From Armatimonadota bacterium (lineage in GTDB: Bacteria > Armatimonadota > UBA10988), in assembly GCA_016235455.1 (NCBI GenBank), contig JACRKZ010000020.1, positions 1 through 28,044 of the forward strand: a stretch of DNA of 28,044 bases. Direction: 5' to 3'. Below, one piece after another: positions 8,763 through 17,075 of the stretch (position 1 is its first letter; each line of letters begins with the position of its first letter). The notes below the pieces were generated by a model. That model ran no database searches and was not told the DNA's origin. It saw nothing but the letters and a program-made list of their open reading frames with translations. Made by a program: the position numbers and the translations under genes.

Positions 8763-10358
8763 ATGAGGGCAAGACTAGCCAGACGAGTTCTGATGGGGCT
8801 GTTGTGTTGCGCGGGCGCGCTGGTACTGGGCGCCTGCGGCTCGACCAGCACCACGATACCGGCCATCGACGAGACGTTCGACTTCTCGTCGGCGGGCGTG
8901 CTGCCCGGCACCAACCGCCGCGACGCGGGCCGAGGCCGGCTCGCCGGCACGGTGCGCAACGCGTCCAACCAGACCGTCTCGGGCATCAGCGTCACGCTGT
9001 ACCACCTGATCAACACGCGTCAGGCCGGCGTGGGCCATGCCGTGGCCACGACCATCTCCGGTGGCACCTACGTCTTCGGCAATGTGCCCGCTGGCCGCTA
9101 CCGCGTGGCCATGCAGGGCCAGACCACCGATATCACCGTCTACGCCGACCGCGACAGCACGGCCAACTTCGCCGGCGCCACCGGTGGCACGACAGGCGGC
9201 AGCGGGCGCAAGTGGACAGTGATCGTCTACATGGATGGCGACAACGACCTGGAGACCTACTCCGTGGCCGACGCCAACGAGCTCGAGCGTCTGCCCGCCA
9301 GCGACGAGGTGACCTTCGTCGTGCTGTGGGACCGCATTCGCGGCTACGACAGCACCAACGGCAACTGGACCGACGCGCGGCGCTTCGTCATCCAGCACGA
9401 CACCGACACCAACATCGTGACCTCGGCGCTGCTGCCGTCCGAGGGCGGGAACGCCACGGTCATGGGCGAGCTGGACATGGGCTCGGCCACCACGCTGCGC
9501 GACTTCGTCAACTGGGCCCAGACCAACTACCCGGCCGACCACTACCTGGTCGACCTGTGGAACCACGGCTCGGGCTGGCGGCCGGTCAATCGCTCGGCCC
9601 AGGGTCAGCGCGGCATCAACTACGACGACACCAGCGGCAGCTTCCTGGCCACGCACAACATGGACGACGCACTGGCGGTCAGCCAGCCGTTGGACGTGGT
9701 GGCCATGGACGCCTCGCTGATGCAGATGGCCGAGGTCGTCTACCAGATGCGCAACTCCTGCGACTACGTGGTCGGCAGCGAGGAGTCGCCGCCGGGCGAG
9801 GGCTATCCGTATCACCTGATCTTCTCGGGACTGGTGAGCAATCCCGACATCTCCGCCGACCAGGTGTGCCGCAACATCGTGACCAACTACGTCAACGAAG
9901 TGGGCGGCCGCAGCTCGGTGACGCAGTCGGCTTTCCAGTGCTCGCAACTCGAGGCACTGACCGGTGCCATCACCAACTACGCCCAGGCCCTGACCGCCAA
10001 GAACGCGACGTTCCACGACCAGATCGCTCTGGCCCGCACCGACAGCCAGCGCTATGGCTCGGGCAGCAGCCTGTACGAAGGCAACCGCGACCTGATCGAC
10101 TTCATCAACCGCGTCAACACGCGCACCGGCGATGCTGCCCTGCTGGCGGCCGGCAACACGGTCAAGAACGCGCTGAGCGCGGCCATGCTCCAAGAAGGCC
10201 ACTCCGGCACCGACCTGGCCAACTCCAAGGGCCTGGCCATCTGGATCCCGGCCAGCGCCGACTGGGTCAGTATCCGTAGCTCCTACCGCCTGACCGACTT
10301 CGGCATCAACGGCGCGTGGGACGACTGGCTCGATACGTTCTACAGCATCGGCGGGTAG
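8763..10358 (+). CDS. Clostripain (C11)-family lipoprotein with an N-terminal carboxypeptidase-regulatory-like beta-sandwich; catalytic Cys replaced by Ser
   Basis: Lipobox LGAC; GTVRN...G.Y.F.NVPAGRY domain; WTVIVYMDGDNDLE, ELDMG, YPADHY...LWNHGSGW, DASLMQMAEV, VGSEE..PG.GYPY. RBS GAGGTG. Confidence 0.88.
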   Translation: MRARLARRVLMGLLCCAGALVLGACGSTSTTIPAIDETFDFSSAGVLPGTNRRDAGRGRLAGTVRNASNQTVSGISVTLYHLINTRQAGVGHAVATTISGGTYVFGNVPAGRYRVAMQGQTTDITVYADRDSTANFAGATGGTTGGSGRKWTVIVYMDGDNDLETYSVADANELERLPASDEVTFVVLWDRIRGYDSTNGNWTDARRFVIQHDTDTNIVTSALLPSEGGNATVMGELDMGSATTLRDFVNWAQTNYPADHYLVDLWNHGSGWRPVNRSAQGQRGINYDDTSGSFLATHNMDDALAVSQPLDVVAMDASLMQMAEVVYQMRNSCDYVVGSEESPPGEGYPYHLIFSGLVSNPDISADQVCRNIVTNYVNEVGGRSSVTQSAFQCSQLEALTGAITNYAQALTAKNATFHDQIALARTDSQRYGSGSSLYEGNRDLIDFINRVNTRTGDAALLAAGNTVKNALSAAMLQEGHSGTDLANSKGLAIWIPASADWVSIRSSYRLTDFGINGAWDDWLDTFYSIGG

Positions 10359-10378
10359 CCGCCGTAGATGCACCCAGG

Positions 10379-10420
10379 GACATCACCCTTTCCGCTTGCG
10401 GGAAAGGGTGATGTCTTTGT
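10379..10420 (+). terminator. Intrinsic terminator hairpin between the convergent clostripain-like gene and rtcB
   Basis: 15-bp perfect stem GACATCACCCTTTCC / GGAAAGGGTGATGTC with a 7-nt loop, followed by TTTGT. Confidence 0.8.
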
Positions 10421-10440
10421 GTGTCCCGCGGCGCGCGGCC

Positions 10441-11865
10441 TCAGTCCTCGCTCTTGCCGTCGGCAGCCATGAGTACCATCCGGGGCATGAAGCTGGCCAC
10501 CGGCTCCACCAGGTCGCGCTGCTGCGCCATGACGCGTTCCAGGCGCTTGTAGACCTGCGGGCTCTCGTCCAGACCGCCGGCCAGCAGTTCGACGCCGACG
10601 CGCTCCAGCCAGCGCGTGCGCTCCGATCGGGTCAGCTTGGCCGTGGCCTGCTTGCGGCTCATGACGCGGCCGGCACCGTGGCTGGCGGAGCACAACGACT
10701 CCGGCTGGCCGAGCCCGCGCACCACGTAGCCGGCATCACCCATGCTGCCCGGGATCACGCCCAGCACACCCGCGCCGGCCGGCGTAGCGCCCTTGCGGTG
10801 GACCAACATCTGCTCGCCATCGTGCTCTTCGAGCCAGGCGAAGTTGTGGTGGTTCTCCACGCAGCAGCGCGCCTCCAGGCCTGCCGCGGCGGCGACATGC
10901 TCGTGGACCAGCTCGTGGTTGGCCGCGGCGTAGGCACCGGCCAGGGTCATGGCCTGCCAGTAGGCCTGACCGTCGTCGCTGTCGAGGGCCAGCCAGGCCA
11001 GGTTCTGCGCCTCGCGCGGCAGCCGGCAGCTGGCTTTGGCCAGCCGCGTGAAGTGCTCGGCGATGTGCGCGCCCGTGCCGCGGCTGCCCGAATGGCTGAG
11101 CAGCGCCAGGTAGGCGCCGGCCGGCAGGTCGAGTTCCGGCACGCCGTCGGTGGTCAACTCGCCCCATTCGGCGAAGTGGTTGCCCGAGCCGCTGGTGCCC
11201 AGTTGGGCCCAGGCCTTGTCGTGCAACTCGCGCAGCAGCCCTTGTGCCCGCCAGGTCGGGTCGTCCATGACCGCGTGCTGACGCCGCTGGTCGCGAGCGA
11301 ACTCGGCGCCCACGCCAAAGCGCGTCTCGCCCAGCAGCGCGCTGCGCAGGCGGTCGCGCCGACGGTCGGTCAGCGTGGCTGGCTCGTCGAAGACCGTCAG
11401 GCGCATGCGGCAGGCGATGTCGACGCCGACAGCATAAGGGATGACCACGCCGCGCGTGGCCAGCACGCCGCCAATGGGCAGGCCGTAGCCGACATGGCCG
11501 TCGGGCATCTGTGCGCCGCGCGCGGCCACGGGCAGCCGGCAGGCCACGTCGAACTGGTCGATGGTGGCGCCGTCGAGCAGTTCTTGGCCCCAGATGCGGT
11601 TGGGCACGCGCGCCGCACGCAGCGCGCCCACGTCGGCGGACGTTCGCGGGCCGCACAGCAGTCGTGCCAGTTCGCCGCAGACGGCGTGGCGCAGGTGCTT
11701 CTCAGGCTGCCGCAGGCAGGCTTGGAGCACGCGCGTGATGCGCGGCCGGCCGCGCCCCTGTCCGGCCAGATGCGTAGCCACGGCCTCGGCGGCGGCGAGC
11801 GTGTCGTCGCGGTCGAAGCCGAGCTGGCGCAGGTCGCCAGCGGTCAGTAGCGTCGTCTCGTCCAT
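10441..11865 (-). CDS. rtcB: RNA 3'-phosphate/5'-OH ligase RtcB (474 aa)
   Basis: MPDGHVGYGLPIGGV, VGVDIACRM, QLGTSGSGNHFAE, HSGSRG, HHNFA, HRKGATPA, IPGSMG, SASHGAGR, DESPQVYK. Start ATG 11865 (alternative 11874). Confidence 0.95.
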   Translation of the reverse strand: MDETTLLTAGDLRQLGFDRDDTLAAAEAVATHLAGQGRGRPRITRVLQACLRQPEKHLRHAVCGELARLLCGPRTSADVGALRAARVPNRIWGQELLDGATIDQFDVACRLPVAARGAQMPDGHVGYGLPIGGVLATRGVVIPYAVGVDIACRMRLTVFDEPATLTDRRRDRLRSALLGETRFGVGAEFARDQRRQHAVMDDPTWRAQGLLRELHDKAWAQLGTSGSGNHFAEWGELTTDGVPELDLPAGAYLALLSHSGSRGTGAHIAEHFTRLAKASCRLPREAQNLAWLALDSDDGQAYWQAMTLAGAYAAANHELVHEHVAAAAGLEARCCVENHHNFAWLEEHDGEQMLVHRKGATPAGAGVLGVIPGSMGDAGYVVRGLGQPESLCSASHGAGRVMSRKQATAKLTRSERTRWLERVGVELLAGGLDESPQVYKRLERVMAQQRDLVEPVASFMPRMVLMAADGKSED

Positions 11866-11872
11866 GGTGGGC

Positions 11873-11878
11873 ATTCTA
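11873..11878 (-). promoter_or_regulatory. -10 element for a probably leaderless rtcB transcript
   Basis: Minus strand TAGAAT, 7 nt, then ATG 11865. No Shine-Dalgarno, and no clear -35. Confidence 0.55.
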
Positions 11879-11994
11879 TCGCAACGAAGCCGGCCGCTGC
11901 TAAGGCTCGGATCGGCCCGGCACGCCGCCGTGGGGCGGCTCCGCACCACCGAGATCGAGGAGGAACGGCGTCCTCGCTGCGCGAAAGCCCGGCC

Positions 11995-13044
11995 ATGAAC
12001 AGCTTGCCGCCTGGTTGGGAGACGTGGCTCGATGCGGAGCTGGCGCGTGTGGCGCGGGCGCGTTCGGTCAACAACGCCGAGCGGCTGCAGGCCGACCTGT
12101 GTGCCTGCCTGCGGCTGGATGCGGCGCCGGGCCCGGGTGGGCAGTCGCCGATCCGCCAGTCGGCACCGCCCATCGCCGGCCGGCCGGTGACGCGGCTGGT
12201 CTATGCGCCGTGGTCGGGCGTGAGCAACGATGCGCTGTCGGTCGAGGCTGAGCCTGGCCGGCCGCGACTGCTGCTGCTGCACGACCTCGACGGCTCGCCC
12301 GAGGTGTTGTTGGCCACGCCGCTGGCTCAGACGCTGGCCGCCGCCGGCTTCGGGTTGCTCGCGCCGCGGCTGGTCCCCGGCTGGCGCGCGCGGCTGCGCG
12401 TGGCGCGCAAGGCACGGCTGCTGGGCCTCGAGTGGCTGGGCCTGGAAGTGCTGGCCTTGCGGCGGCTGATGGACCAGGTGCCGTCGTACGGCTGGGGCGT
12501 CGTGGGCTACTCGCGCGGCGGACAGGCGGCCCTGCTCCTGGCGGCGCTCGACCCGCGGCCGCGCGCGGTGGTGGTGGCCAGTTGGTTCTGCGACCGCGAC
12601 AAACGCCTGCTCGACACACGGGATTCGCGGCTGACCGCGTTCCTCGACTCGCCCGAGGATGAGCAGTTCCTGCCCGGCTGGTGGCGGCGCTTCGACGACG
12701 GGGTGCTGGCCGCGCTGCTCGCGCCGCGTCCGCTGCTGATCACCAGTGGGCTGGACGATCCCGTGCTGCCGTTCGAGTTGGTGCAGGATGCCTTCGCCGC
12801 GGCCGAGCGGCACTACCGCGCGGTGGGCGCGCTGGGCAATCTGCGGCTGTCGTTGTTGCCAGGTGGCCATGTGCCGCAGGCCGAGGTGACCGCAGAATGG
12901 CTGGCCGCGCATCTGGGCGCCGAGGTGGACCTGGCCGACATGCCCCTGCGCCCGCCACCAGGGCCGGCACGGCACCCGGCCGTGCGCATGGCCCGTGAGC
13001 GCCGCAAGAAAGTCGCCGCACTGAAACGAATCGGGCGCCGATAA
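11995..13044 (+). CDS. Alpha/beta-hydrolase fold protein (esterase/dienelactone-hydrolase-like)
   Basis: Nucleophile elbow [23 protein letters not shown] (acid), PGGH (His). Divergent from rtcB. Confidence 0.75.
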   Translation: MNSLPPGWETWLDAELARVARARSVNNAERLQADLCACLRLDAAPGPGGQSPIRQSAPPIAGRPVTRLVYAPWSGVSNDALSVEAEPGRPRLLLLHDLDGSPEVLLATPLAQTLAAAGFGLLAPRLVPGWRARLRVARKARLLGLEWLGLEVLALRRLMDQVPSYGWGVVGYSRGGQAALLLAALDPRPRAVVVASWFCDRDKRLLDTRDSRLTAFLDSPEDEQFLPGWWRRFDDGVLAALLAPRPLLITSGLDDPVLPFELVQDAFAAAERHYRAVGALGNLRLSLLPGGHVPQAEVTAEWLAAHLGAEVDLADMPLRPPPGPARHPAVRMARERRKKVAALKRIGRR

Positions 13045-13049
13045 GGGGG

Positions 13050-13077
13050 TTGGCGGCGCGGTTGAACGTGGTACCGT
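13050..13077 (+). promoter_or_regulatory. Possible promoter for the GH4 gene
   Basis: TTGGCG, 16 bp, TACCGT with extended -10 TG. SD AAGGAG at 13088-13093. Confidence 0.35.
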
Positions 13078-13100
13078 ATGGCGCGGCAAGGAGTAGCACT

Positions 13101-14429
13101 ATGCCCAAGATTACCTTCGTCGGGGCCGGCAGCCTCGGTTTCACCCGCGGCCTGGTCCGCGACCTGTTGACCTTCCCCGCGCTGTCGGGCTCCACCATCG
13201 CCCTGATGGACATTGATGAGGAGCGCCTCGAATACGCCAAGCGCGCCTGCGAGCGCATCGTGCGCGAGGGTGGGTACCCGGCCAAGGTGGAAGCCACCAC
13301 CGACCGCCGCGCGGCCCTGGAAGGCGCCGATGCAGTGTGCATCACCATCCTGGCGGCGCCGCCGTCGGTGTGGCGCACCGACATTGAGATCCCCAAGCAG
13401 TTCGGTGTCGACATCAACGTCGGCGACACGCGCGGCCCGGCAGGCGTGTTCCGCTTCCTGCGCACCGCGCCGGCCATGATGGACATCTGCCGCACGATGG
13501 AAGAGGTCTGCCCCAACGCCATCCTGCTCAACTACACCAACCCCATGGCCATGCTCTGCCGCCTGATGCAGAGCGAGACCAAGATCACCTCGACCGGTCT
13601 GTGCCACAGCGTGCAGGGCACCGCCGAGATGCTGGCCCGCTGGATTGGCGCCGACATGGCCGACGTCACCTACCTGTGCGCCGGCATCAACCACCAGGCC
13701 TTCTACGTGGATTACCGGGTCAAGGGCGTCGACGCCTACCCGCAGATCTTCGCGGCCATGGAGCGGCCCGAGGTCTACAACGAGGAGCAGGTGCGCAATG
13801 AGATGTTCCTGCACCTGGGCTACTACGTGACCGAGTCGAGCGGCCACAACTCCGAGTACAACGCCTGGTTCCGCAAGCGGCCCGACCTGATCGAGAAGTA
13901 CTGCACCAACGGCACCGGCTGGAACCCCGGCGAATACGCCTACATCCTCAAGGAGTACCTGCGGCGCGAGGACGACTGGAAGACCGACTTCCTCAAGTGG
14001 CTCGAGAATCCCGAGCCGGTCAACCTCAAGCGTGGCCATGAGTATGCGGCGTCGATCATCAACGCCATTCACGGCGACGGCGAGCCGTTCCTGTTCAACG
14101 GCAACGTGCGCAACTTCGGCCTGATCGACAACCTGCCCACGGGCTGCTGCGTCGAAGTGCCGGTCTACGCCGACCGCCGCGGCCTCAACGCGGTCCACGT
14201 CGGCCCGCTGCCGCGCCAGCTCCAGGCCCTGGTCAACAACAGTGCCAACTGCGAGGAAATGGCCGTCGAGGCCGCCATCACCGGCGACCCGAGCCTGGTC
14301 TTCCACTCGATCCTGTTCGACCCGCTGACCCAGGCCGTCTGCTCCATGGCCGAGACCAAGGCCATGGTCAAGGCCATGTTCGAAGCGAACAAGGACCACC
14401 TGCCGCAGTTCAAGCACTTCGACATCTGA
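13101..14429 (+). CDS. melA: Family 4 glycoside hydrolase, alpha-galactosidase (NAD+/Mn2+-dependent)
   Basis: [60 protein letters not shown] 13101 after AAGGAG. Confidence 0.92.
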   Translation: MPKITFVGAGSLGFTRGLVRDLLTFPALSGSTIALMDIDEERLEYAKRACERIVREGGYPAKVEATTDRRAALEGADAVCITILAAPPSVWRTDIEIPKQFGVDINVGDTRGPAGVFRFLRTAPAMMDICRTMEEVCPNAILLNYTNPMAMLCRLMQSETKITSTGLCHSVQGTAEMLARWIGADMADVTYLCAGINHQAFYVDYRVKGVDAYPQIFAAMERPEVYNEEQVRNEMFLHLGYYVTESSGHNSEYNAWFRKRPDLIEKYCTNGTGWNPGEYAYILKEYLRREDDWKTDFLKWLENPEPVNLKRGHEYAASIINAIHGDGEPFLFNGNVRNFGLIDNLPTGCCVEVPVYADRRGLNAVHVGPLPRQLQALVNNSANCEEMAVEAAITGDPSLVFHSILFDPLTQAVCSMAETKAMVKAMFEANKDHLPQFKHFDI

Positions 14430-14445
14430 GTGCCGGGTAGCTAGA

Positions 14446-14538
14446 TCCACAGGTGGCGCAGATTGCACAGATGGCGCGCAGGACCAGCACCAAACGCAGG
14501 TCTTGCGCTTCATCTGTGTGATCTGTGTCATCTGTGGA
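14446..14538 (+). repeat. 93-nt imperfect palindrome built from 9-nt tandem units (CACAGATN-type), between convergent melA and comEA
   Basis: TCCACAGGTGGCGCAGATTGCACAGATG (14446-14473) pairs with CATCTGTGTGATCTGTGTCATCTGTGGA (14511-14538). Inner stem GCGCAGGACC/GGTCTTGCGC. Confidence 0.85.
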
Positions 14539-14556
14539 CTGCTTTGGGGGCAGCCG

Positions 14557-15255
14557 CTACGGCGCGGTGATGTAGGGCTTGAGCTTCTCGTAGGTCTTGG
14601 GACCGATGCCGCGCACCTGCTGGAGATCCTCGGGGGTCCGGAAGTGGGCCACCGTCTCGCGGTAGGCCAGGATGCGCGCCGCCATGGCCGGGCCGATACC
14701 TGGCAGCGTCTGAAGCTCGCTGGTGCTGGCTGTATTGAGGTTGACCCGGCCGCGGGGTGGTTCCTTGCGCTCGCTCCGGGCCGGTGGGTTGGTCAACTTG
14801 CCGGCGTTGAGCAGGTCTTTGCTGCTCGGCACAAGCGGCCCGGCGGCCTGGCGGGGCGGGTCGTGGACATAGACGTCCTCGGTGGCCACGACCACCTGCT
14901 CGCGCCGCTCGTCGTTGGTCGGCACATACAGTCGCAGCCCATCTTTGACCCGCGCGGCCAGGTTGAGGTCGTCCAGCCGCGCGTTCTCCAACCGGCCGCC
15001 GGCCGCCGCCAGGGCGTCGGAGACGCGCGCGCCGGCGGCGAGACGGTACATGCCTGGCTGCTTGACCGCGCCGGCCACATGCACCAGCACGCGGGCGCCC
15101 GCCACGGGGCTGGCGCTGCCGGTGGCAGTTGCGTCGGAGGCCAGCGCCGGCGCGTGGCGGCGACCCAACTGATAGAGCGCCAGCGGCCCAGCGCAGGCGA
15201 TGGTCAGCGCCAGCGTCAGGGCGACTATCCTCTGGCTCGACGTCAGCTCAAACAC
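14557..15255 (-). CDS. comEA: Competence DNA-binding protein ComEA (TM + SLBB + HhH)
   Basis: N-terminal TM; VHVAGAVKQPGMY...RVSDALAAAGG...LNLAARVKDG (SLBB); VNLNTAS..ELQTLPGIGP..A..I..YR and VRGIGPKT (HhH). GTG start with GGAGAG RBS. Confidence 0.93.
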   Translation of the reverse strand: MFELTSSQRIVALTLALTIACAGPLALYQLGRRHAPALASDATATGSASPVAGARVLVHVAGAVKQPGMYRLAAGARVSDALAAAGGRLENARLDDLNLAARVKDGLRLYVPTNDERREQVVVATEDVYVHDPPRQAAGPLVPSSKDLLNAGKLTNPPARSERKEPPRGRVNLNTASTSELQTLPGIGPAMAARILAYRETVAHFRTPEDLQQVRGIGPKTYEKLKPYITAP

Positions 15256-15267
15256 ATCCGCTCTCCG

Positions 15268-16353
15268 TCAGCGGGGCAACTCATAGCCCACGGCGCGCAG
15301 AATGCGCAGCAGCTCGTCGGGCTCGGGGCTGGCGGCCTGCGCTGCTTCGAGCGTCACATGGCCGCGCTTGACCAGCACGCCGAGCGCCTGGTTGATGGTC
15401 TGCATGCGGTAGAAGCTGCTCGATTCCTCGATGACCCGATGCAGATGAATGGTGTCGCCGTCGATGATGTGCTTGACCACCTGCGGTGAGTTGGTCATCA
15501 CCTCCACCGCCACCACCCGGCCCGGCCGCGAGGCCATGGGCACCAGCCGCTGGCTGACCACGGCCTTGAGCACCTGGGCCAACTGCAACCGCACCTGGCG
15601 CTGCTGCTCCGAGGGGAAGCTGTCCACGATGCGGTCGACGGTCTGCGGTGCGTCGTTGGTATGCAGCGTGCTGAGCACCAGGTGGCCGGTCTCGGCGGCG
15701 GTCACCGCCGTCTGGATGGTCACCGGGTCGCGCATCTCGCCGACCAGGATGACATCGGGATCCTGCCGCAGCACGTGGCGCAGCGCCATCTGGAAACTCG
15801 GCGCGTCGAGCCCGACCTCGCGCTGGGAGATGGTGCAGCGGCGGTCGGTGTAGACGAACTCGATGGGGTCCTCGATGGTGATGATGTGCGCCTGCCGGTT
15901 CTGGTTGATGTGCTCGATCATCGCTGCCAGCGTGGTGCTCTTGCCGCTGCCCGTCGGCCCGGTGACCAGCACCAGCCCGCTCTGCGACAGGGCGATGTCC
16001 TTCAGCGCCGACGGCAGGTAGAGCTGGTCGGGCGTGGGCACGCGCAGTGGCACCGCGCGCAGCACCGCGCCGAGTTGGCCACGCTGATAGAAGGCGTTGA
16101 TGCGGAAGCGCGCCTGGTCGCCGAAGCTGTGCGAGAAGTCGATCGACCGATCCTCGTCCAGCCGGGCGCGCATGGCTTCGGACATGATGCCCAGCACCAT
16201 CGAGCGCAGCTGTTCGTCGCTGAGCGGCTCGAACTCGGACGGCACCACCGCGCCACTGATGCGGTACAGCGGCGGCCGGCCGACCTTGAGGTGCAGATCC
16301 GAGCCGTGGCGCTCCAGCATGGCCGTGAGAATGGTATCGAGTGTGGGTGTCAT
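15268..16353 (-). CDS. pilT: Type IV pilus retraction ATPase, PilT/PilU family (361 aa)
   Basis: SDLHL, RFRINAF, Walker A GPTGSGKST, TIEDPIE, LRQDPDVILVGEMRD, TGHLVLSTLH. ATG 16353 overlaps the upstream stop (ATGA). Confidence 0.93.
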   Translation of the reverse strand: MTPTLDTILTAMLERHGSDLHLKVGRPPLYRISGAVVPSEFEPLSDEQLRSMVLGIMSEAMRARLDEDRSIDFSHSFGDQARFRINAFYQRGQLGAVLRAVPLRVPTPDQLYLPSALKDIALSQSGLVLVTGPTGSGKSTTLAAMIEHINQNRQAHIITIEDPIEFVYTDRRCTISQREVGLDAPSFQMALRHVLRQDPDVILVGEMRDPVTIQTAVTAAETGHLVLSTLHTNDAPQTVDRIVDSFPSEQQRQVRLQLAQVLKAVVSQRLVPMASRPGRVVAVEVMTNSPQVVKHIIDGDTIHLHRVIEESSSFYRMQTINQALGVLVKRGHVTLEAAQAASPEPDELLRILRAVGYELPR

Positions 16354-16943
16354 GCCGGCCGCTCCCCGCGCAGGGCGAACAGGATGCCCAGGCACTCGCC
16401 GGCATCGGCCAGCAGCAGCTCGTCATCGGGGCCAAAGGCCGGCTCGCGCACGCCGCGTTTGTTGACCAGTTCCAGGCAGCCGATGAGCCGTTGCCGGACG
16501 CGAATGGGCACAGCCAGGATCTGCCGTACCTCCAGCCCGTACTGCCCGCAGGCCTCCCGATGCCAGCCCGGCTCGAAGTCGACGTGGTTGATGCGGACGG
16601 GTTGGCCGACGCCCATCACATACCCGGCCAGGCCCTCGTCCAGCGGTTGGCGATAGCTCCGCACGGTCTGGTTGACCGCGCCGGCCGCCGCGGCCAGGTA
16701 GAGGTCGCCCCCACGCCGGTCGAGCATCAGCACCGACCCGGCCTCGGCGGGCACAGCCGTCTCAATCAGCTCCAGCGCCGCGGTCAGCAGCATGGCCTCG
16801 TCGAGCCAGTCGACAGCCAGCCTGAACAGGCCGATGACCAACTCGCGCCGGGCGCCGACCAGGCCCACCATGCGGTGCGCCTCGGCCAGCGGGCTGGGCT
16901 CGGCGCGCGGCGGCTGATCGGGGCCAAACAGGAAGTCGGACAA
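16350..16943 (-). CDS. Stand-alone GAF domain protein (197 aa)
   Basis: AEAGSVLMLD...L....A.G, EGLAGYV...GQPV, ILAVPI..RQRLIGCLELVNK...F...DE.LL. TTG start with GGAGG RBS. No output domain. Confidence 0.88.
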   Translation of the reverse strand: MSDFLFGPDQPPRAEPSPLAEAHRMVGLVGARRELVIGLFRLAVDWLDEAMLLTAALELIETAVPAEAGSVLMLDRRGGDLYLAAAAGAVNQTVRSYRQPLDEGLAGYVMGVGQPVRINHVDFEPGWHREACGQYGLEVRQILAVPIRVRQRLIGCLELVNKRGVREPAFGPDDELLLADAGECLGILFALRGERPA

Positions 16944-17015
16944 GCTCGGGTCCTCCCTGCGCGCGGGTTCGGCATGTTAGGGCGATTTCCTTCCGGCCGC
17001 CGACTCCCTTGCCAA

Positions 17016-17044
17016 TTGCGCCTGCTCACACCGTCTGCTACCAT
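17016..17044 (+). promoter_or_regulatory. Putative ftsZ promoter
   Basis: TTGCGC (17016-17021), 17 bp, TACCAT (17039-17044), with extended -10 TG at 17036-17037. SD AGGAGG upstream of ATG 17076. Confidence 0.55.
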
Positions 17045-17075
17045 ATCGTCTCAACGTGGGCAGGAGGAAGCGACT

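Noticed and set aside
8775-10373. Long antisense ORFs (also 4370..5914, 10396..11850, 12813..14531, 16977..18167, 19476..21017, 21205..23499, 24826..26115)
   Set aside because: Shadow frames of real genes caused by high-GC codon bias, with no recognisable motifs.
11866-13089. Apparent 882-aa RtcB fusion
   Set aside because: The upstream half is antisense to the alpha/beta hydrolase and low-complexity. RtcB-like sequence and a -10 box point to a start at 11865.
14446-14538. CRISPR array interpretation of this repeat and of the 2884-2951 repeat
   Set aside because: They are inverted repeats without unique spacers of regular length, and there are no cas genes in the window.
16341-17075. Apparent N-terminal extension of FtsZ (633-aa ORF); likewise 5845-6873 for the heptose kinase
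   Set aside because: These overlap other genuine genes. An RBS or ATGA coupling defines the shorter starts.
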